Below, piece by piece: positions 34,181-45,264 of a DNA stretch of 64,000 nt. Source of the DNA: a virus. The notes under the pieces were generated by a model. That model was not told where the DNA came from. It ran no database searches and saw nothing but the letters and a program-made list of their open reading frames with translations. The DNA lies in IMG/VR virus record IMGVR_UViG_3300027790_000002; one strand, 5' to 3'. Made by a program: the position numbers and the translations under genes. The stretch's first letter is position 1, and each line of letters opens with the position of its first letter.

Positions 34181-34999
34181 TTAGAACCCGAGCCAGTCTT
34201 CGCGCAGAGAAAACGCCCACTGGTTGGCGTTAAAGCGCCCCCGCGAGAAGTCCCCAAGTTCCCTGAACCGGCCAATAAAACCGGTGTGCGGCACGGACAG
34301 GCGCGGGAAGTAAATGACCTGGTGTTCGTCGGAAACGAATTGCTGAATGGTTTCCAGCGTCGGCCGTTCGCTGTCGCGTATTACGGTGAAGTCCGGGCGC
34401 CATTCCCGAATCCGGTGCTTTAGTTCGTCCCTGTCCCAACGGAACGGCACGCCCCATTTATGGTTGTAAAGGAACTGGTGGATGGGTCCGGCCCATACGC
34501 GGCCAATGTCGAAAACATCGGAAGGCGCCGCAGGCGGGGCTGCAAGCGTTACGGTCATATCCAGCCGGACCACCGGTGTGGCCACCTCAATTGGCAGGGT
34601 TGGCGGACAATGAAAGCCTAACTGCGGGTCGATATTCGACGCATAAGTCTGGTCGAACAGGTCGCCAGCGGTTAGCGCGTCGCTGCCGAGCCGCCAGCGC
34701 ACGGTGTCAGTGGGCGAAATGGCCGGCGTGAAGTCGATATCGCGCGCGTCATCGCGCCGTTCTGGAATGACAAAGGCCAGCACCGCGTTTGAAAAGTCGC
34801 GGGCTGTGCTGAAAATGGCGGTGAGCGTGGCGGCGCCGCCGGTGGAGGCCAAATCATTGGCGCGCCAGGCAAGGCCCATTTCTGGGACAACGACGTCGGT
34901 TACGGGCATGAGCGCGGCCTCTGCGGTCGCTGTAATCGCAACCCCGGGCTGGTCCATATAGTTAATGCCGCCAATTGCGGCTCTGAATGTCGCTGCCAT
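34181..34999 (-). CDS. tail protein (272 aa)
   Basis: position in tail module. Confidence 0.4.
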   Translation of the reverse strand: MAATFRAAIGGINYMDQPGVAITATAEAALMPVTDVVVPEMGLAWRANDLASTGGAATLTAIFSTARDFSNAVLAFVIPERRDDARDIDFTPAISPTDTVRWRLGSDALTAGDLFDQTYASNIDPQLGFHCPPTLPIEVATPVVRLDMTVTLAAPPAAPSDVFDIGRVWAGPIHQFLYNHKWGVPFRWDRDELKHRIREWRPDFTVIRDSERPTLETIQQFVSDEHQVIYFPRLSVPHTGFIGRFRELGDFSRGRFNANQWAFSLREDWLGF

Positions 35000-35007
35000 G
35001 TTCCGAC

Positions 35008-36696
35008 CTAAATCCTGTTTGCCGACCCGATGACGCGCAGCAATCCCTGTTCGTTGTCGCGCTCGCTAATTTCTTCAATGATGAATGGCGGGCCGCCAGC
35101 GCCGTACCGGTTGGCGGTGAAAGAGACGATGTCGCCTAAATCGTAATCTGCCGCAAAGCGCCCGGCATCCACCGTGAAGATGTCGCGTTCGACACCGTCC
35201 ATTTCGACGGCGGCGCGGCCACGCTGTTCGGCCAATGACTGTTGGGTTAGCAGGCTGTAAATCGGAACGGCGGGGCGCGCGCTTGGGAAAAAGGCCGCCG
35301 CCAGACCGTTGCCAATGGTGATGTACTGGCCGGCGCTCAGATACTGGTCGCGGTTCGGCGCCACTTCCGAAACCTCATCGTCTGACATCACGGTCCAGTT
35401 CGTTTTGTACCAGACGGTCTGCTCGGAAATCGGCGAATTTTCGTTGTGTTCTTTGCGTATGTCTTCGCTTTTCACCAGAATCGGCGCGGGCGCGGAATAG
35501 TTTTCTGGCGCGGCGTATGTGGTGAAACCGTATAGACCGCTGCGGCGGCGGCCGTAAAAGGCGGAAGCGGATTCCGCAATCAGGTCCAGAACATCGGCGC
35601 AGCTTGGCGTGCTGGTTCCCGTTGCATAATTCGCCTCATAGTTCGGCATTTGATAGGTGCCGGACCGGTCAAACTCACCCGCCGGCAGCCGCGCGCGCAC
35701 CCGCAGAATATACTCGGCCATAAGCGGCAGCGTGTTGATATAGACGCCGTTCCAGACATAACCGTTGGCGTCGAAAGTGACACGGCCCACCGGGTCCGCC
35801 CACAGGCGGAAAAGACCCAGCGCATTACAGGTCACGGCCTCGCCCGTGCCGAGCGAATAAGACACCAGCGCGTTCAAGTCTGGCACATCCGCCACAATCG
35901 TATATGGCAGCGCGCGGTCGCGAATTTCAGTGATGCCGAGAAGCGGCCCGAGTCCGGCCTGCCAGACACGGAACGCTTTCAAAATCAGGCGCGGCGTGAC
36001 ATTGAACGCCGGGCCGAAAACATCCGGCACGGGCAGTCCCGCCAGTTCCGGGTCGCCGCCAAGGCCGCCGCGGCCATCGTAATAGTCGAGAGCAAGCGAC
36101 CCATCGACAATGGAAACGTCGCCCTGCAATTCGAGCCGGACGCGGTCGCGGGTGCCTTCAAACGAAAAGCCGCGCACCGAAAGCCGCGTCCTGAAACTGT
36201 CAAGATAAGAACGGCGCGGACCGTGGCGAATAAGGGTCGGCAGGCCGTCGGCGGAGCGCGACGCCGCCAGATAGTCCAGTTTGCCGTCCCTGTTCGCCAG
36301 TTCCACATAACCCGTAGTTGTCTGCACCTGCCGCCGCCCGCCGCGCAGCGACGCGGTTCTGGTCACATTCAGCGCGGACAACAGGCGGGGCCGATACGAC
36401 ACATTTGTGATGCGCGGGTCGTCGGGTTTGGAAATCCATGTGTGGTCGGAGAACCGAAGCGTTTCCACAGCGCCAAGCGCGATGCCGCCAGGCGGCAAAT
36501 CGGCCAGCACCGGGTCGGCCAGAATTTGAATAGGCGCCTCGATGTCCGCAGCCGAGCCCTTATTGCGCACGTCGATATCGGCCAGAAACACGCCGTCGCG
36601 ACCCGACCGCACAAATTCAGAGTATGGCGTGCCAACCGTCGGCGGCGGGCCGTCGGCGAATACCGGTTCGCCCAGAATGCCAATACCCGGACCCAT
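35008..36696 (-). CDS. distal tail / baseplate-hub-like protein (562 aa)
   Basis: immediately downstream of tape measure with ATGA overlap. Confidence 0.45.
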   Translation of the reverse strand: MGPGIGILGEPVFADGPPPTVGTPYSEFVRSGRDGVFLADIDVRNKGSAADIEAPIQILADPVLADLPPGGIALGAVETLRFSDHTWISKPDDPRITNVSYRPRLLSALNVTRTASLRGGRRQVQTTTGYVELANRDGKLDYLAASRSADGLPTLIRHGPRRSYLDSFRTRLSVRGFSFEGTRDRVRLELQGDVSIVDGSLALDYYDGRGGLGGDPELAGLPVPDVFGPAFNVTPRLILKAFRVWQAGLGPLLGITEIRDRALPYTIVADVPDLNALVSYSLGTGEAVTCNALGLFRLWADPVGRVTFDANGYVWNGVYINTLPLMAEYILRVRARLPAGEFDRSGTYQMPNYEANYATGTSTPSCADVLDLIAESASAFYGRRRSGLYGFTTYAAPENYSAPAPILVKSEDIRKEHNENSPISEQTVWYKTNWTVMSDDEVSEVAPNRDQYLSAGQYITIGNGLAAAFFPSARPAVPIYSLLTQQSLAEQRGRAAVEMDGVERDIFTVDAGRFAADYDLGDIVSFTANRYGAGGPPFIIEEISERDNEQGLLRVIGSANRI

Positions 36697-39600
36697 TACA
36701 CAGCCTGCGATTCTTGCTGCTGGAAGTATTTATCGAAGCGACGGCGCAGCAGCGTGATTTCAGTTTCCATGCGGGTGGTCGCGCGCGCCTGGTCGCGTAT
36801 AGCTTCCGACAGCACGGAAATCTGGGTCGATTGTGCGGAACGGTTGTCGTTGGCGATTTGCTGGACCGCCAGCGCCGTGGACGCCTGCTGGTCGTTTGTC
36901 AGGTCCGGCGTCGAAATTGACGGCGCCGGGGCGCGCAACAGCGTTTCAATCTGCGCCTGCTGGCGCAGTTCTGTCTCCCGCTGAATGGCCGCCATGAGCG
37001 CCGACACATCGCCGCCGGCAAGGTCGCTGGTGTTGCCGGTGTTGAAATTAAACAGACGCGCCAGCGCGTTTGCATTGCTTTCCAGCTGCGCTTCCTGCAG
37101 CGCGACCAGTTCGGTGGTCAGGGCTTTGACCAGTTCGTTGCCCTCGCCCAGCAGGGCGTTTTGGTCGCGCAGATAGTCGAGCGCCGGCGCTTGGTTGTCG
37201 AGCGCGGCGAGGATGTTTTGCAGCGTTCCTTCGGACGCTTCGGCCGCCGCAGCGCGGGCGTTCGCGGCCTCTTCAAAACTCAGGCCTGCAGCCTTAGCCG
37301 CTTCTAGGCCGCTGGTGATGTTTTCAAAAATCGGTGCGAATTGCGAGCCTGTGCCCAGCACTTCGCTGGCAAGCTGAATGGTGTCCTCACCAAGCTGGCC
37401 AAGGCGGCGCCCGGCTTCGGTATCGCCGCCAAGAAACGCCTGCAGGGTGCTTTGGAACTCGCCTTGCGCGGCCCGCAATTGCTCAGCCGGCGTTTCCGGC
37501 GAAAAGCGGCGGCGAATGCTGTCGAGCGATGCGCCTATGCCTTCGCGGATTTGCCTAAATTCTTCGGCTGCCTCGCGTTCAGCCGCCGCGTGTTCGGCAA
37601 TGGCGTCGATATCGGATTGCAGAGCCTGGCTAAGTTCAAAACCAACCACGGCAATACGGCCGCCGAAATCTTCGATAAGGCCCAGCGCGTCGCCAAGCTT
37701 CACCTTGTCATCGTCAGACAGGCCCGTGAGGAAATTTCTGCGTTCCGCATTGTTGAGGCGTTCGACCCCCGCGACATTCGCGCCCAGCGTTTGCGCGGTT
37801 TGCACGCGCAACTGCTGTTGTTCCAACAAGGCATTAAACTGCGCCAGCGCCGGGTTTGTCGCCTGCAGCAGCTGCTGGGCGACTTGCGTGTTGAAATCCC
37901 CGGCCAGCTGTTGGCGAGCATCCTCCACCTGCCGGACCAACAGCGTGGGGTCGGCGCCAAGTTCCGCGATTTGGTCGGCGTAGCGCTGCAGGGCTTCGGC
38001 AGCGGCGGCCAACGCTTCCGGCGTGCCGGTCGCGGCCTCCACAAAGGCTTTCCATTCCGCCGTGTTGAGCGCTACGGCTTTCGAGAGCCGGTCCTGTTCG
38101 TCGGCGGCGTCCTTGCTGACCGCACGCACCTGTTCAAAGCGGTCGCCCTGCGCCTGAATTAAGTCGAGCGCCGCCGCCACCTGCGGTTTTTCGAGTTCCA
38201 GCAATTGGCGGTCTAGGCTTTTATCGAGCTCAGACGCCAGCGACTGGCGCGCGCTTTCGAGCGAAGCCGCCAACGCGCCGGCGCTTACACCGAACTCGCC
38301 AGATTTGTCGCTCAACGCTTGCAAGGCTTCGGCGGCGGCCTTGAAGGCTTCCGGCGATTCGCTGGCTTCCTGTACGAATTGCTGCCATTCGGCGCTGTTC
38401 AGTTCCGACACGGCGGCAAGCCGAGCCTGCGCGGCGGCTTCGTTGCTGTCGCCGGCGGCTTTCAGGGCCGCGTTGATGTCTTTCGCGTCCTGCAGCCGGG
38501 CGGTCTGCTGTTTTACCAACTCTTGCGCCGCCGCTTCGAGCGGCGAGGTCAGTTCCAGCAGCTGGCGTTCGATGCTGCGGTCAAACGCGCTGCCAACAGC
38601 TTGAATTGCTTTGCGTTCCTGCGCAGCCAAGCCTGACAGCGAACCTGTCAGCTGGCCTGCGCCGGCGCGCGCGCGGTCGAAAGCGTCGGCGACCGTGTCC
38701 AGCGCCTGGCGGAACTCAGAAACAGGCGCCGCGTCAAAGTCCAGCACTGATTTGAGGCTGCCGAGCGTTTCGACGATGTCTTCAATAGGCGCGTCGGCGG
38801 CGGCCAGCGCCTGCGCCAACGCGGCAAGGTCTTTGTTGCCGCCTTTGATGTCCGCGCCGGTAAGCGCCAGCTTGATGCCAGCCTCCACTGCGGCGGCGGC
38901 GCCGGCTTCGGTGTTCTCAAAGTTCTGGCGATTGGCGATCGTTCCGCCCACGCCTTGGTTGCCGATTTGGATGCCATCGCGGCTGCCGGCGGCCACGTTG
39001 ATAAGGTCATCGCGAAACGCCGTGGACGCCCTGTTGCGTAATTCGCCGCCGATAATGTCCAGAACGCTGCCGACGCCGGACGAAATATTTTCGCCCACGG
39101 CCTTGGAGATTTCCAGATTTTGCAGGGATTCCGCCGACTGGTCTTTGGTCCCGGTGCCAAGAACGCGCCCCGTAGTCGGGTCGATGACAATCTGCCCGAC
39201 CTTGTTTGACGGTTTCCCACCAACCAGTGCGCCAAAAAGCTTGCCGAGCGTGGAGCCAACCACACTGCCCAGCACCGTGCCGACGCCCGGAATAATCGAC
39301 CCAAGCGTGCCGCCGATGGTCCCGCCGATGGTCGAGCCCGTGTTGCCCTTGTTTCCAAAGCCCAGCAGGCTGCCCAGCAGATTGACGCCCTGCGACACAG
39401 CAAAGCCGGTGCCCGCGCCGGCAAAACCTTTACCCACCAGCGCCTGACCTTGGCCGCCAAGGCCGAAGGTTTTCCCGACATTAACGCCAAGATTGGCAAG
39501 GCTGCGCTGGAAGCCTTGAAATGTCTGTTTAATGGCGCCGAGCGGTCCGACCAGCCCTGCTGCCGTCGCTGCAGCATTGGACCCGCCCGCCGGCAGGGCG

Positions 39601-42600
39601 ACGCCGCCAGCGCTGAACGGGCTGCCGCCCAGTATCACCTGCCCAGCTGCGGCGGCGGCATTCGACGTGATGTTGCCGCCGCTCGAAAGCGGTCCTGCAA
39701 CGCCGGAAACGCCCAAGGAGGCCAGTTGCGAAAGGGGCGAGCCACCGACGACGCCCGCCGGCGAGCCGCCGCTCAACAGGCTATAGAAGAAATTGCGGGC
39801 GACATTCGCGAGGACATTGTCGAACGCCCGGCGAAATTCGTCCTTGATAATGTCGATGGCGGAACGGCCCTCATCGGTGAAGCTGTGCCACACATCCACA
39901 AAGACGTCCGCGAAGTCGCCCGCCATGCGCTGGCGTTCCCGGTCGAGATCCCGCGCCGCGTCTTCGGCGGCCTGTTTCGCGGCATCGGCGGTTTTTTTCT
40001 CCGCCTCATAACGCGCCTCGGCGGCGCGCTGGCCGGCTTCGAGCGCCAGCGCTTCCTTGGCTTTCGCGGTCGCGGTTTCTTCGGCCAGCAGCGGATACTG
40101 GCGCTGAATGTCCAGAATTTTCGACGCCAGCCGCAGCTGTTCCTCGCTGATATTTGCCGCGTCCAGCAGGGTTTGCTGGTCTTTCAGTTCCGCGTTCAGC
40201 TTCGACAGCTGCCCGGCGGCCGTTTCGCTTTCTTTGCCGACCAAGCCTATTTTGTTCAGGAAGGCTTCAAAGCTCGCCTCGGCGCCCCTTTGCGCCGCAC
40301 GGTCCAGACTGTCGAACTGGTTGATAAGCTTTTGAAATTCGCCCCGGGCTTCCTCCAAGCTGAAGTCGCCGGCTTCCTCAATCCGTTCTTGCAAGCCCTC
40401 GAGGCGCGCCTTGAATTTGTTGATTTCGTCGCTGTTGTCGAAACTCTGGCGCACATGGTCGGCGAAACCGGTCATGGCTTCGCGGGCCGATTTTATTTTC
40501 TCGTTAACTTGGTCGAACGCCCCGGCGATGCCGCTGCGGCCGGTCAGTATGCGCTTGGCTTCCTCGACTTCCTCTTTAGAGAGCCCGACGAAGCTGCCGA
40601 ACTGTTCGGCGAATCGCTCGCGGTTGGCCCGCTGAACGCGCGCCACTTCGCGCTCGGCGGCAAGGCGCGTCGCCTCCGCCTGCAGTTGCGCCTCACGGTG
40701 AACAGAGGCGCCGACGCCGCCAAAACCGGTCGTGCCGCCAAATGAGGTCGCACCGCGTGCAGCCGCTTCGTTTTCAAGGCGGCGAAGTTCGGTCAATTCG
40801 GCAGCGGCGTTTTTCCGCAACCGTTCCAGAATATCGTTGTAGTTGCGCTCGAAGCGTTCCAGCGCTTCCTTGGACTTGTCCAGGCCGTCCTGCAGGCCTT
40901 CTGGAATTTTTGTGCCGGCATCGTCAAAGGCGTCCTGCAAAGCCCTGTCAAAGCTGCGGATTTTGGCCTTTGTCCCGTCCAGTTGGTCGCCGAACAGAAT
41001 AAGGCTGCCGACAATCGCGGCGATGGTGAACCCGATGGGATTGGCGGCGACCACCGCCGTAAGCACGCGCCAGGCTGCGGTGAGGCCGGTTACCTGCGCT
41101 GTCGCCTTGGCGAGCGACAATGCCGAAACGCCCACCAGCGCCAGCCCTGCGGCTCTGGTGGTTCGCGCAAGGCCCGCCATCTGTGCGGACATCGCCGCGA
41201 CGCCGGTGGTGGCGCTCGCGACATTCGCGCCGGTCAACAACGCCGACGCTGCAGCTGCGCCGCGGGTCGCCGCCCCGACTTTTGTCCAGGCGCTGGCGAG
41301 ATTGGCGACCGTCGCAATCTTGGTGGCGAGCGAAAAGCCCACATAAATGACCAGCGCTTTGGTCGCCGCTTCCGTGGCTGTGGTAATCGTGCCCCAATTG
41401 TCAGCCAACGCCTTGAGTGCGCCGCCGATGCCTTGGCCGATGGACTTCGCCGTTTCGCGGAAATCCTCGCTGCGGAAGGCGGCGGCCACATCGCGCATAA
41501 CGGTTTCCAGACCGTCTAGCGCGCCCGTTTGGCCAACCTGAATGAACAAGTCCTCGAGCGCGGACCGCGCCTCGCGGGCGGCCCCGGCAAGGTTGTCCGT
41601 CATCACGCCGGCGATGCGGTCGGCGGCGCCTTCGGCGTTTTCAAGTTCCCCTGTCAGCTGGCGGACCTTGCCCACATTGCTGATCAGCACTTGGAACGCG
41701 GGGCCGCCGCGTTGGCCAAATTCTTCAATGGCTTCGGAAACGCCAATGGTCTGGCCAGCCAGTTGGTCCAGAACGGTAATCAAGCCGTCGCTTTCGAGCG
41801 ACAGGCCGCCCAAGCGCTTTTCAAACTCTTTTGACGGCGCCGCCAGCCCGGTGAGAACACGGCGCAAACCGGTGCCGGCCAGTTCAGCCTGCAGGCCCGC
41901 GTCGGACAGGGCGCCGATAGCGGCGGTCGACACTTCAATTGACTGGCCGAGCCCCGACGCGATCGGAGCCACAAACTTCATGGCCTCGCCCAGCTGTTCC
42001 ACGTTGGTGTTGGCGCTGGCGGCCGCTTCCGCCAGCACATCCGCAACGCGGTTCGATTCTCCCGCAGCTTCGTTGAAGCCGGACAGAATGTTGGAGGTGA
42101 TGTCTGCGGCGCGGCCAAGATCCAGCGCGCCAGCGGCGGCCAGTTTCAGGTTGCCGTCAATCGCCGCCAGCACTTCGTTGGTGTCGAAACCGGCGCGGGC
42201 AAGGAACTCCATGCCGCTGGCCGCTTCGCGCGCCGTAAATCGGGTGTTGGCGCCGAGTTCTCGCGCCTTTTCGTTCAGGCTGTCGAATTGCGCACCAACG
42301 GCGCCAGTGATGGCCGCTACGCCGGACATTTGCTCTTGGAAGCCGGCGGCGACGCGCACCGCGTCCTGCGTGATAAAGGCGACACCCAGCGAGGCGCCAA
42401 CCGCAGCGGCGGTGCGCGCCAGGCGCTGCAGGGATCCTGTCAGGCTGTTGGTTGAGGCGGTCGCGCCCATGTTGGCGCTTTTCAGACGATCAACCCGTTG
42501 CGCTAACAGCGCCTTGGTCTTCGCAACATCCTTGTCCGTGCGCAGCCCCTTGCGCTGGGCTTCGTCCAGCCTCAGCACGTCGCGTTCATAATTCTGGACC

Positions 42601-42866
42601 GCCCGCTTCAACGGGTCGGCGCGGCGTTCGATCGCCTCCACGGATTTGCGCAGCGTGGTGCTGCCGCGCTGCGTTTTCTGGGACAGCCTTTCAACAGCGC
42701 CGGCGGCTTCCTTTAAGCTTTCGCTAAAGCTGTCGCCCAGCTTTTCGGTGGCTTTTTCCGTGCGTTTTTGTTCGGCCTGAATTTTCTTCAGGTCGCTAAT
42801 CGCCTCATCGGCGCCGCGCGAGGTATCCGCATCAATGCGGATTGAGCCAATAAGGTTTAAGTCCAT
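36696..42866 (-). CDS. tail tape measure protein (2056 aa)
   Basis: giant Ala/Leu/Gln-rich coiled-coil ORF with Gly-rich hydrophobic central block; between tail chaperone and distal tail genes. Confidence 0.85.
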   Translation of the reverse strand: MDLNLIGSIRIDADTSRGADEAISDLKKIQAEQKRTEKATEKLGDSFSESLKEAAGAVERLSQKTQRGSTTLRKSVEAIERRADPLKRAVQNYERDVLRLDEAQRKGLRTDKDVAKTKALLAQRVDRLKSANMGATASTNSLTGSLQRLARTAAAVGASLGVAFITQDAVRVAAGFQEQMSGVAAITGAVGAQFDSLNEKARELGANTRFTAREAASGMEFLARAGFDTNEVLAAIDGNLKLAAAGALDLGRAADITSNILSGFNEAAGESNRVADVLAEAAASANTNVEQLGEAMKFVAPIASGLGQSIEVSTAAIGALSDAGLQAELAGTGLRRVLTGLAAPSKEFEKRLGGLSLESDGLITVLDQLAGQTIGVSEAIEEFGQRGGPAFQVLISNVGKVRQLTGELENAEGAADRIAGVMTDNLAGAAREARSALEDLFIQVGQTGALDGLETVMRDVAAAFRSEDFRETAKSIGQGIGGALKALADNWGTITTATEAATKALVIYVGFSLATKIATVANLASAWTKVGAATRGAAAASALLTGANVASATTGVAAMSAQMAGLARTTRAAGLALVGVSALSLAKATAQVTGLTAAWRVLTAVVAANPIGFTIAAIVGSLILFGDQLDGTKAKIRSFDRALQDAFDDAGTKIPEGLQDGLDKSKEALERFERNYNDILERLRKNAAAELTELRRLENEAAARGATSFGGTTGFGGVGASVHREAQLQAEATRLAAEREVARVQRANRERFAEQFGSFVGLSKEEVEEAKRILTGRSGIAGAFDQVNEKIKSAREAMTGFADHVRQSFDNSDEINKFKARLEGLQERIEEAGDFSLEEARGEFQKLINQFDSLDRAAQRGAEASFEAFLNKIGLVGKESETAAGQLSKLNAELKDQQTLLDAANISEEQLRLASKILDIQRQYPLLAEETATAKAKEALALEAGQRAAEARYEAEKKTADAAKQAAEDAARDLDRERQRMAGDFADVFVDVWHSFTDEGRSAIDIIKDEFRRAFDNVLANVARNFFYSLLSGGSPAGVVGGSPLSQLASLGVSGVAGPLSSGGNITSNAAAAAGQVILGGSPFSAGGVALPAGGSNAAATAAGLVGPLGAIKQTFQGFQRSLANLGVNVGKTFGLGGQGQALVGKGFAGAGTGFAVSQGVNLLGSLLGFGNKGNTGSTIGGTIGGTLGSIIPGVGTVLGSVVGSTLGKLFGALVGGKPSNKVGQIVIDPTTGRVLGTGTKDQSAESLQNLEISKAVGENISSGVGSVLDIIGGELRNRASTAFRDDLINVAAGSRDGIQIGNQGVGGTIANRQNFENTEAGAAAAVEAGIKLALTGADIKGGNKDLAALAQALAAADAPIEDIVETLGSLKSVLDFDAAPVSEFRQALDTVADAFDRARAGAGQLTGSLSGLAAQERKAIQAVGSAFDRSIERQLLELTSPLEAAAQELVKQQTARLQDAKDINAALKAAGDSNEAAAQARLAAVSELNSAEWQQFVQEASESPEAFKAAAEALQALSDKSGEFGVSAGALAASLESARQSLASELDKSLDRQLLELEKPQVAAALDLIQAQGDRFEQVRAVSKDAADEQDRLSKAVALNTAEWKAFVEAATGTPEALAAAAEALQRYADQIAELGADPTLLVRQVEDARQQLAGDFNTQVAQQLLQATNPALAQFNALLEQQQLRVQTAQTLGANVAGVERLNNAERRNFLTGLSDDDKVKLGDALGLIEDFGGRIAVVGFELSQALQSDIDAIAEHAAAEREAAEEFRQIREGIGASLDSIRRRFSPETPAEQLRAAQGEFQSTLQAFLGGDTEAGRRLGQLGEDTIQLASEVLGTGSQFAPIFENITSGLEAAKAAGLSFEEAANARAAAAEASEGTLQNILAALDNQAPALDYLRDQNALLGEGNELVKALTTELVALQEAQLESNANALARLFNFNTGNTSDLAGGDVSALMAAIQRETELRQQAQIETLLRAPAPSISTPDLTNDQQASTALAVQQIANDNRSAQSTQISVLSEAIRDQARATTRMETEITLLRRRFDKYFQQQESQAV

Positions 42867-42892
42867 GGGTCGGGCTTCGCTTGCTGCGCGAA

Positions 42893-43201
42893 TTATTGCC
42901 CTTTACCCTTGCGCTTGAGCCGTGCTTCCTCTTTTCGCGCGTAGTCTTCGCGGTATATTCCGCAAAGGGTTTCACAGCACTGCGCGAACAGGTCGAACAT
43001 TTCAGGGCTGCGCCAGCGCAGCCGCCTGTAATAATAATGCCAGATAGTCTCTTCCTCGATAGCTTCGGCCACCGAAGTGCCAAAACCAATTTCGTAGTGG
43101 CGCTTGCGATGCAGCCGCAAATAGCCGTCCGCAATCCACTGCAAATCTGGCCGCAAAGTCGGCGGGGGGCTGTCGGTGTCCCACAGCCCCTCCGCTATCA
43201 A
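42893..43201 (-). CDS. hypothetical protein, possible tail assembly chaperone frameshift partner
   Basis: position between chaperone-like gene and tape measure. Confidence 0.3.
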   Translation of the reverse strand: MIAEGLWDTDSPPPTLRPDLQWIADGYLRLHRKRHYEIGFGTSVAEAIEEETIWHYYYRRLRWRSPEMFDLFAQCCETLCGIYREDYARKEEARLKRKGKGQ

Positions 43202-43227
43202 TTCGCGAATAAAGGAAGACGCGCCGT

Positions 43228-43662
43228 CTAGTTCAGCGCGATACCATTCAACAAGTTTTTTTCCGCTTCTTCGTCGTAAGTCGCTTTGATTTTGTTCACT
43301 TTGGTGATTGCGTTGTAGATGGCAGTCACAAAGCTTTCAAAGCGCGGATCGTCGATAATTTTAGCGGCAGTTTCGGGAGAATACGGCACCAGATTGCCGC
43401 CGATTTTCAGATTTTCCCAGCCCAGCAGCGCTGCCTTGGCCTTTTCCAGCGTTTCGTAATCTTCGCGGTCGCTTCGGTATTGCGGGTCCGACATGTAGGC
43501 CGGCTCTCGCTCGCGTGTCAGCTTGGCGTTCAGTTCGCGCAGTGTAGACGCAGAAGCGCCAAGCACCAGCAGTTTGAGGTCGCCGGTTTTGTCGTTAATG
43601 TTTTCGATCCAAGCGCCGTTTTCCTGCGCAGTCGGGTCAACAGAAACGTCGAAAAGTTCCAT
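43228..43662 (-). CDS. tail assembly chaperone-like protein
   Basis: acidic 144-aa protein between major tail and tape measure genes. Confidence 0.4.
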   Translation of the reverse strand: MELFDVSVDPTAQENGAWIENINDKTGDLKLLVLGASASTLRELNAKLTREREPAYMSDPQYRSDREDYETLEKAKAALLGWENLKIGGNLVPYSPETAAKIIDDPRFESFVTAIYNAITKVNKIKATYDEEAEKNLLNGIALN

Positions 43663-43743
43663 AAGATAAGTCTCCGCCTTGAATTGAAAACCAAAAATGG
43701 CTCAATTCAAGGCGGCTTGACTTAACGCTACCGCAAGAAAAAT

Positions 43744-45252
43744 CTAGCAGAGGTTCGGCCAACCTTCCGCCCAGCGGAAACGGTGAACGGCGAAGAAATT
43801 CACCAGATTGCCGGCGGCGATTCCGGCGTCGTCAGCGGTCGCTTTCGAGCCGAAATTCAGCGTGATGTTCTGGCCGATGCCCGGCAGATTGATGTCGTTC
43901 TGCAGGAACTGCTGGCGCGGCGCTTCAAAAACATAGGCGCCAGTGCCGGCCTGCATTACGCGGGCAAAGTCGAGTTTGGTTGCGTTCGCAAAGGGCGCAT
44001 AAATCGTGTCATCACGGAAATGCGCCTCGCCGTTCAGACGGAACACCTGCGTGGACCGGTCCATGGCGTCGAAACCAAAGCAGCCCTCAATGTCGATGGG
44101 GACCAGCGTCGGCGAGATTTCCATTTGCGACGAACGCACGGCCATGTTCTTGGTCTTGTAGACCCCGTCAGCATACAGGCGCTGACCGGCAAGACCGGCT
44201 ACCATCGCCGGATATAGCGGCGGCGAAATCGGGCCGCCCGCCTGGGCGGAAATGTCCGTGGCGTTGTCTTCAAAGTCGAGCCCGTCGAGCTCAACAGTCA
44301 TGATGAAATCGCCGCGGGCCTGACCGGCCAGCTGCAGGCGCGAGGTGTACATGCCTTGGTGCCCGCGCCAAAAAAAGTCCGAATCGCGCCGGATCTTCGC
44401 AAGCCAATACATCGTGAGCGGATTGTTGGCCGGCAGGCAGACTTCCGACATGAACAGGTAAATGGTTTTTGTGGCGCCGGCGTCGTCAGCCCAGCCAACA
44501 GGCGTGCGGTCCGGGGAAATCACACCATTGGCAAGATCACTGTCCGGTCCAATGCGGATGGCGTCATTGACCGCCGCTGTCGCAAATTTGCTGACCGTGG
44601 CGTCGCCGCCCACTTTCAGCCACTGGCCGACATACATGCCGGCGGCCTCAAAATCGAAATTGGCGGTGGAAACGATGTCGCCGCCAGAAATGGCGAAGTC
44701 GCCGGCGGCGCCGTAAACGCCGACCTTTTCAAGCGCAGCGCCGACCGGGGGCGTTGCTTCGTCAACCAAGCCGTTCTGCGTCACCAGCGACGTAGCGCCT
44801 GTCGTTGCCTGCGCAAGTTTCAGACCGTTATTGCCCGCATTAGTAAAGCCCACAGCGCGCACAAGGTCATATTGCGCGAAGTCGGCGGCCTCATCCGTCA
44901 CCGTGTAGGTGTCGGTGGCTGCGGCGACGCCGGTAATCATCTGCGTGCCGCCGCCATATGCGTTTGTGCGGCGTGTCAGTTCGATGAACCGGCCAAACAT
45001 GGCCGACTCAATCATGCTGTCGTAAACATACGGGCGGAATTTGCGGACGAACTGCAGCCCGGTGTCTTTGGCGACTTGGTCTTCTTCGGTGTCAAAGAAG
45101 TCGTCGCGCGCTTCGCCGGACGGCGAAAACTGATAGGTCGCCGTCGGGTCTGCCGACTGGAACGGGAACTTGGTTAACGGCGCTGTCGCGGCAAGCGTTT
45201 TGGGGCTTGACTCGATGCCGTAGAAAATCGCGGAACCGTCAACTGCTGCCAT
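43744..45252 (-). CDS. major tail protein (502 aa)
   Basis: position; size suggests tube protein with C-terminal extension. Confidence 0.45.
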   Translation of the reverse strand: MAAVDGSAIFYGIESSPKTLAATAPLTKFPFQSADPTATYQFSPSGEARDDFFDTEEDQVAKDTGLQFVRKFRPYVYDSMIESAMFGRFIELTRRTNAYGGGTQMITGVAAATDTYTVTDEAADFAQYDLVRAVGFTNAGNNGLKLAQATTGATSLVTQNGLVDEATPPVGAALEKVGVYGAAGDFAISGGDIVSTANFDFEAAGMYVGQWLKVGGDATVSKFATAAVNDAIRIGPDSDLANGVISPDRTPVGWADDAGATKTIYLFMSEVCLPANNPLTMYWLAKIRRDSDFFWRGHQGMYTSRLQLAGQARGDFIMTVELDGLDFEDNATDISAQAGGPISPPLYPAMVAGLAGQRLYADGVYKTKNMAVRSSQMEISPTLVPIDIEGCFGFDAMDRSTQVFRLNGEAHFRDDTIYAPFANATKLDFARVMQAGTGAYVFEAPRQQFLQNDINLPGIGQNITLNFGSKATADDAGIAAGNLVNFFAVHRFRWAEGWPNLC

Positions 45253-45264
45253 GATCGCATCTCC

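Noticed and set aside
36985-42591. Many plus-strand ORFs (e.g. 37341..38162, 38611..39447, 39450..40745, 41542..42591) inside the tape-measure gene
   Set aside because: Antisense to a 6.2-kb continuous coding frame, Ala/Ser/Arg-rich typical of GC-rich antisense frames.
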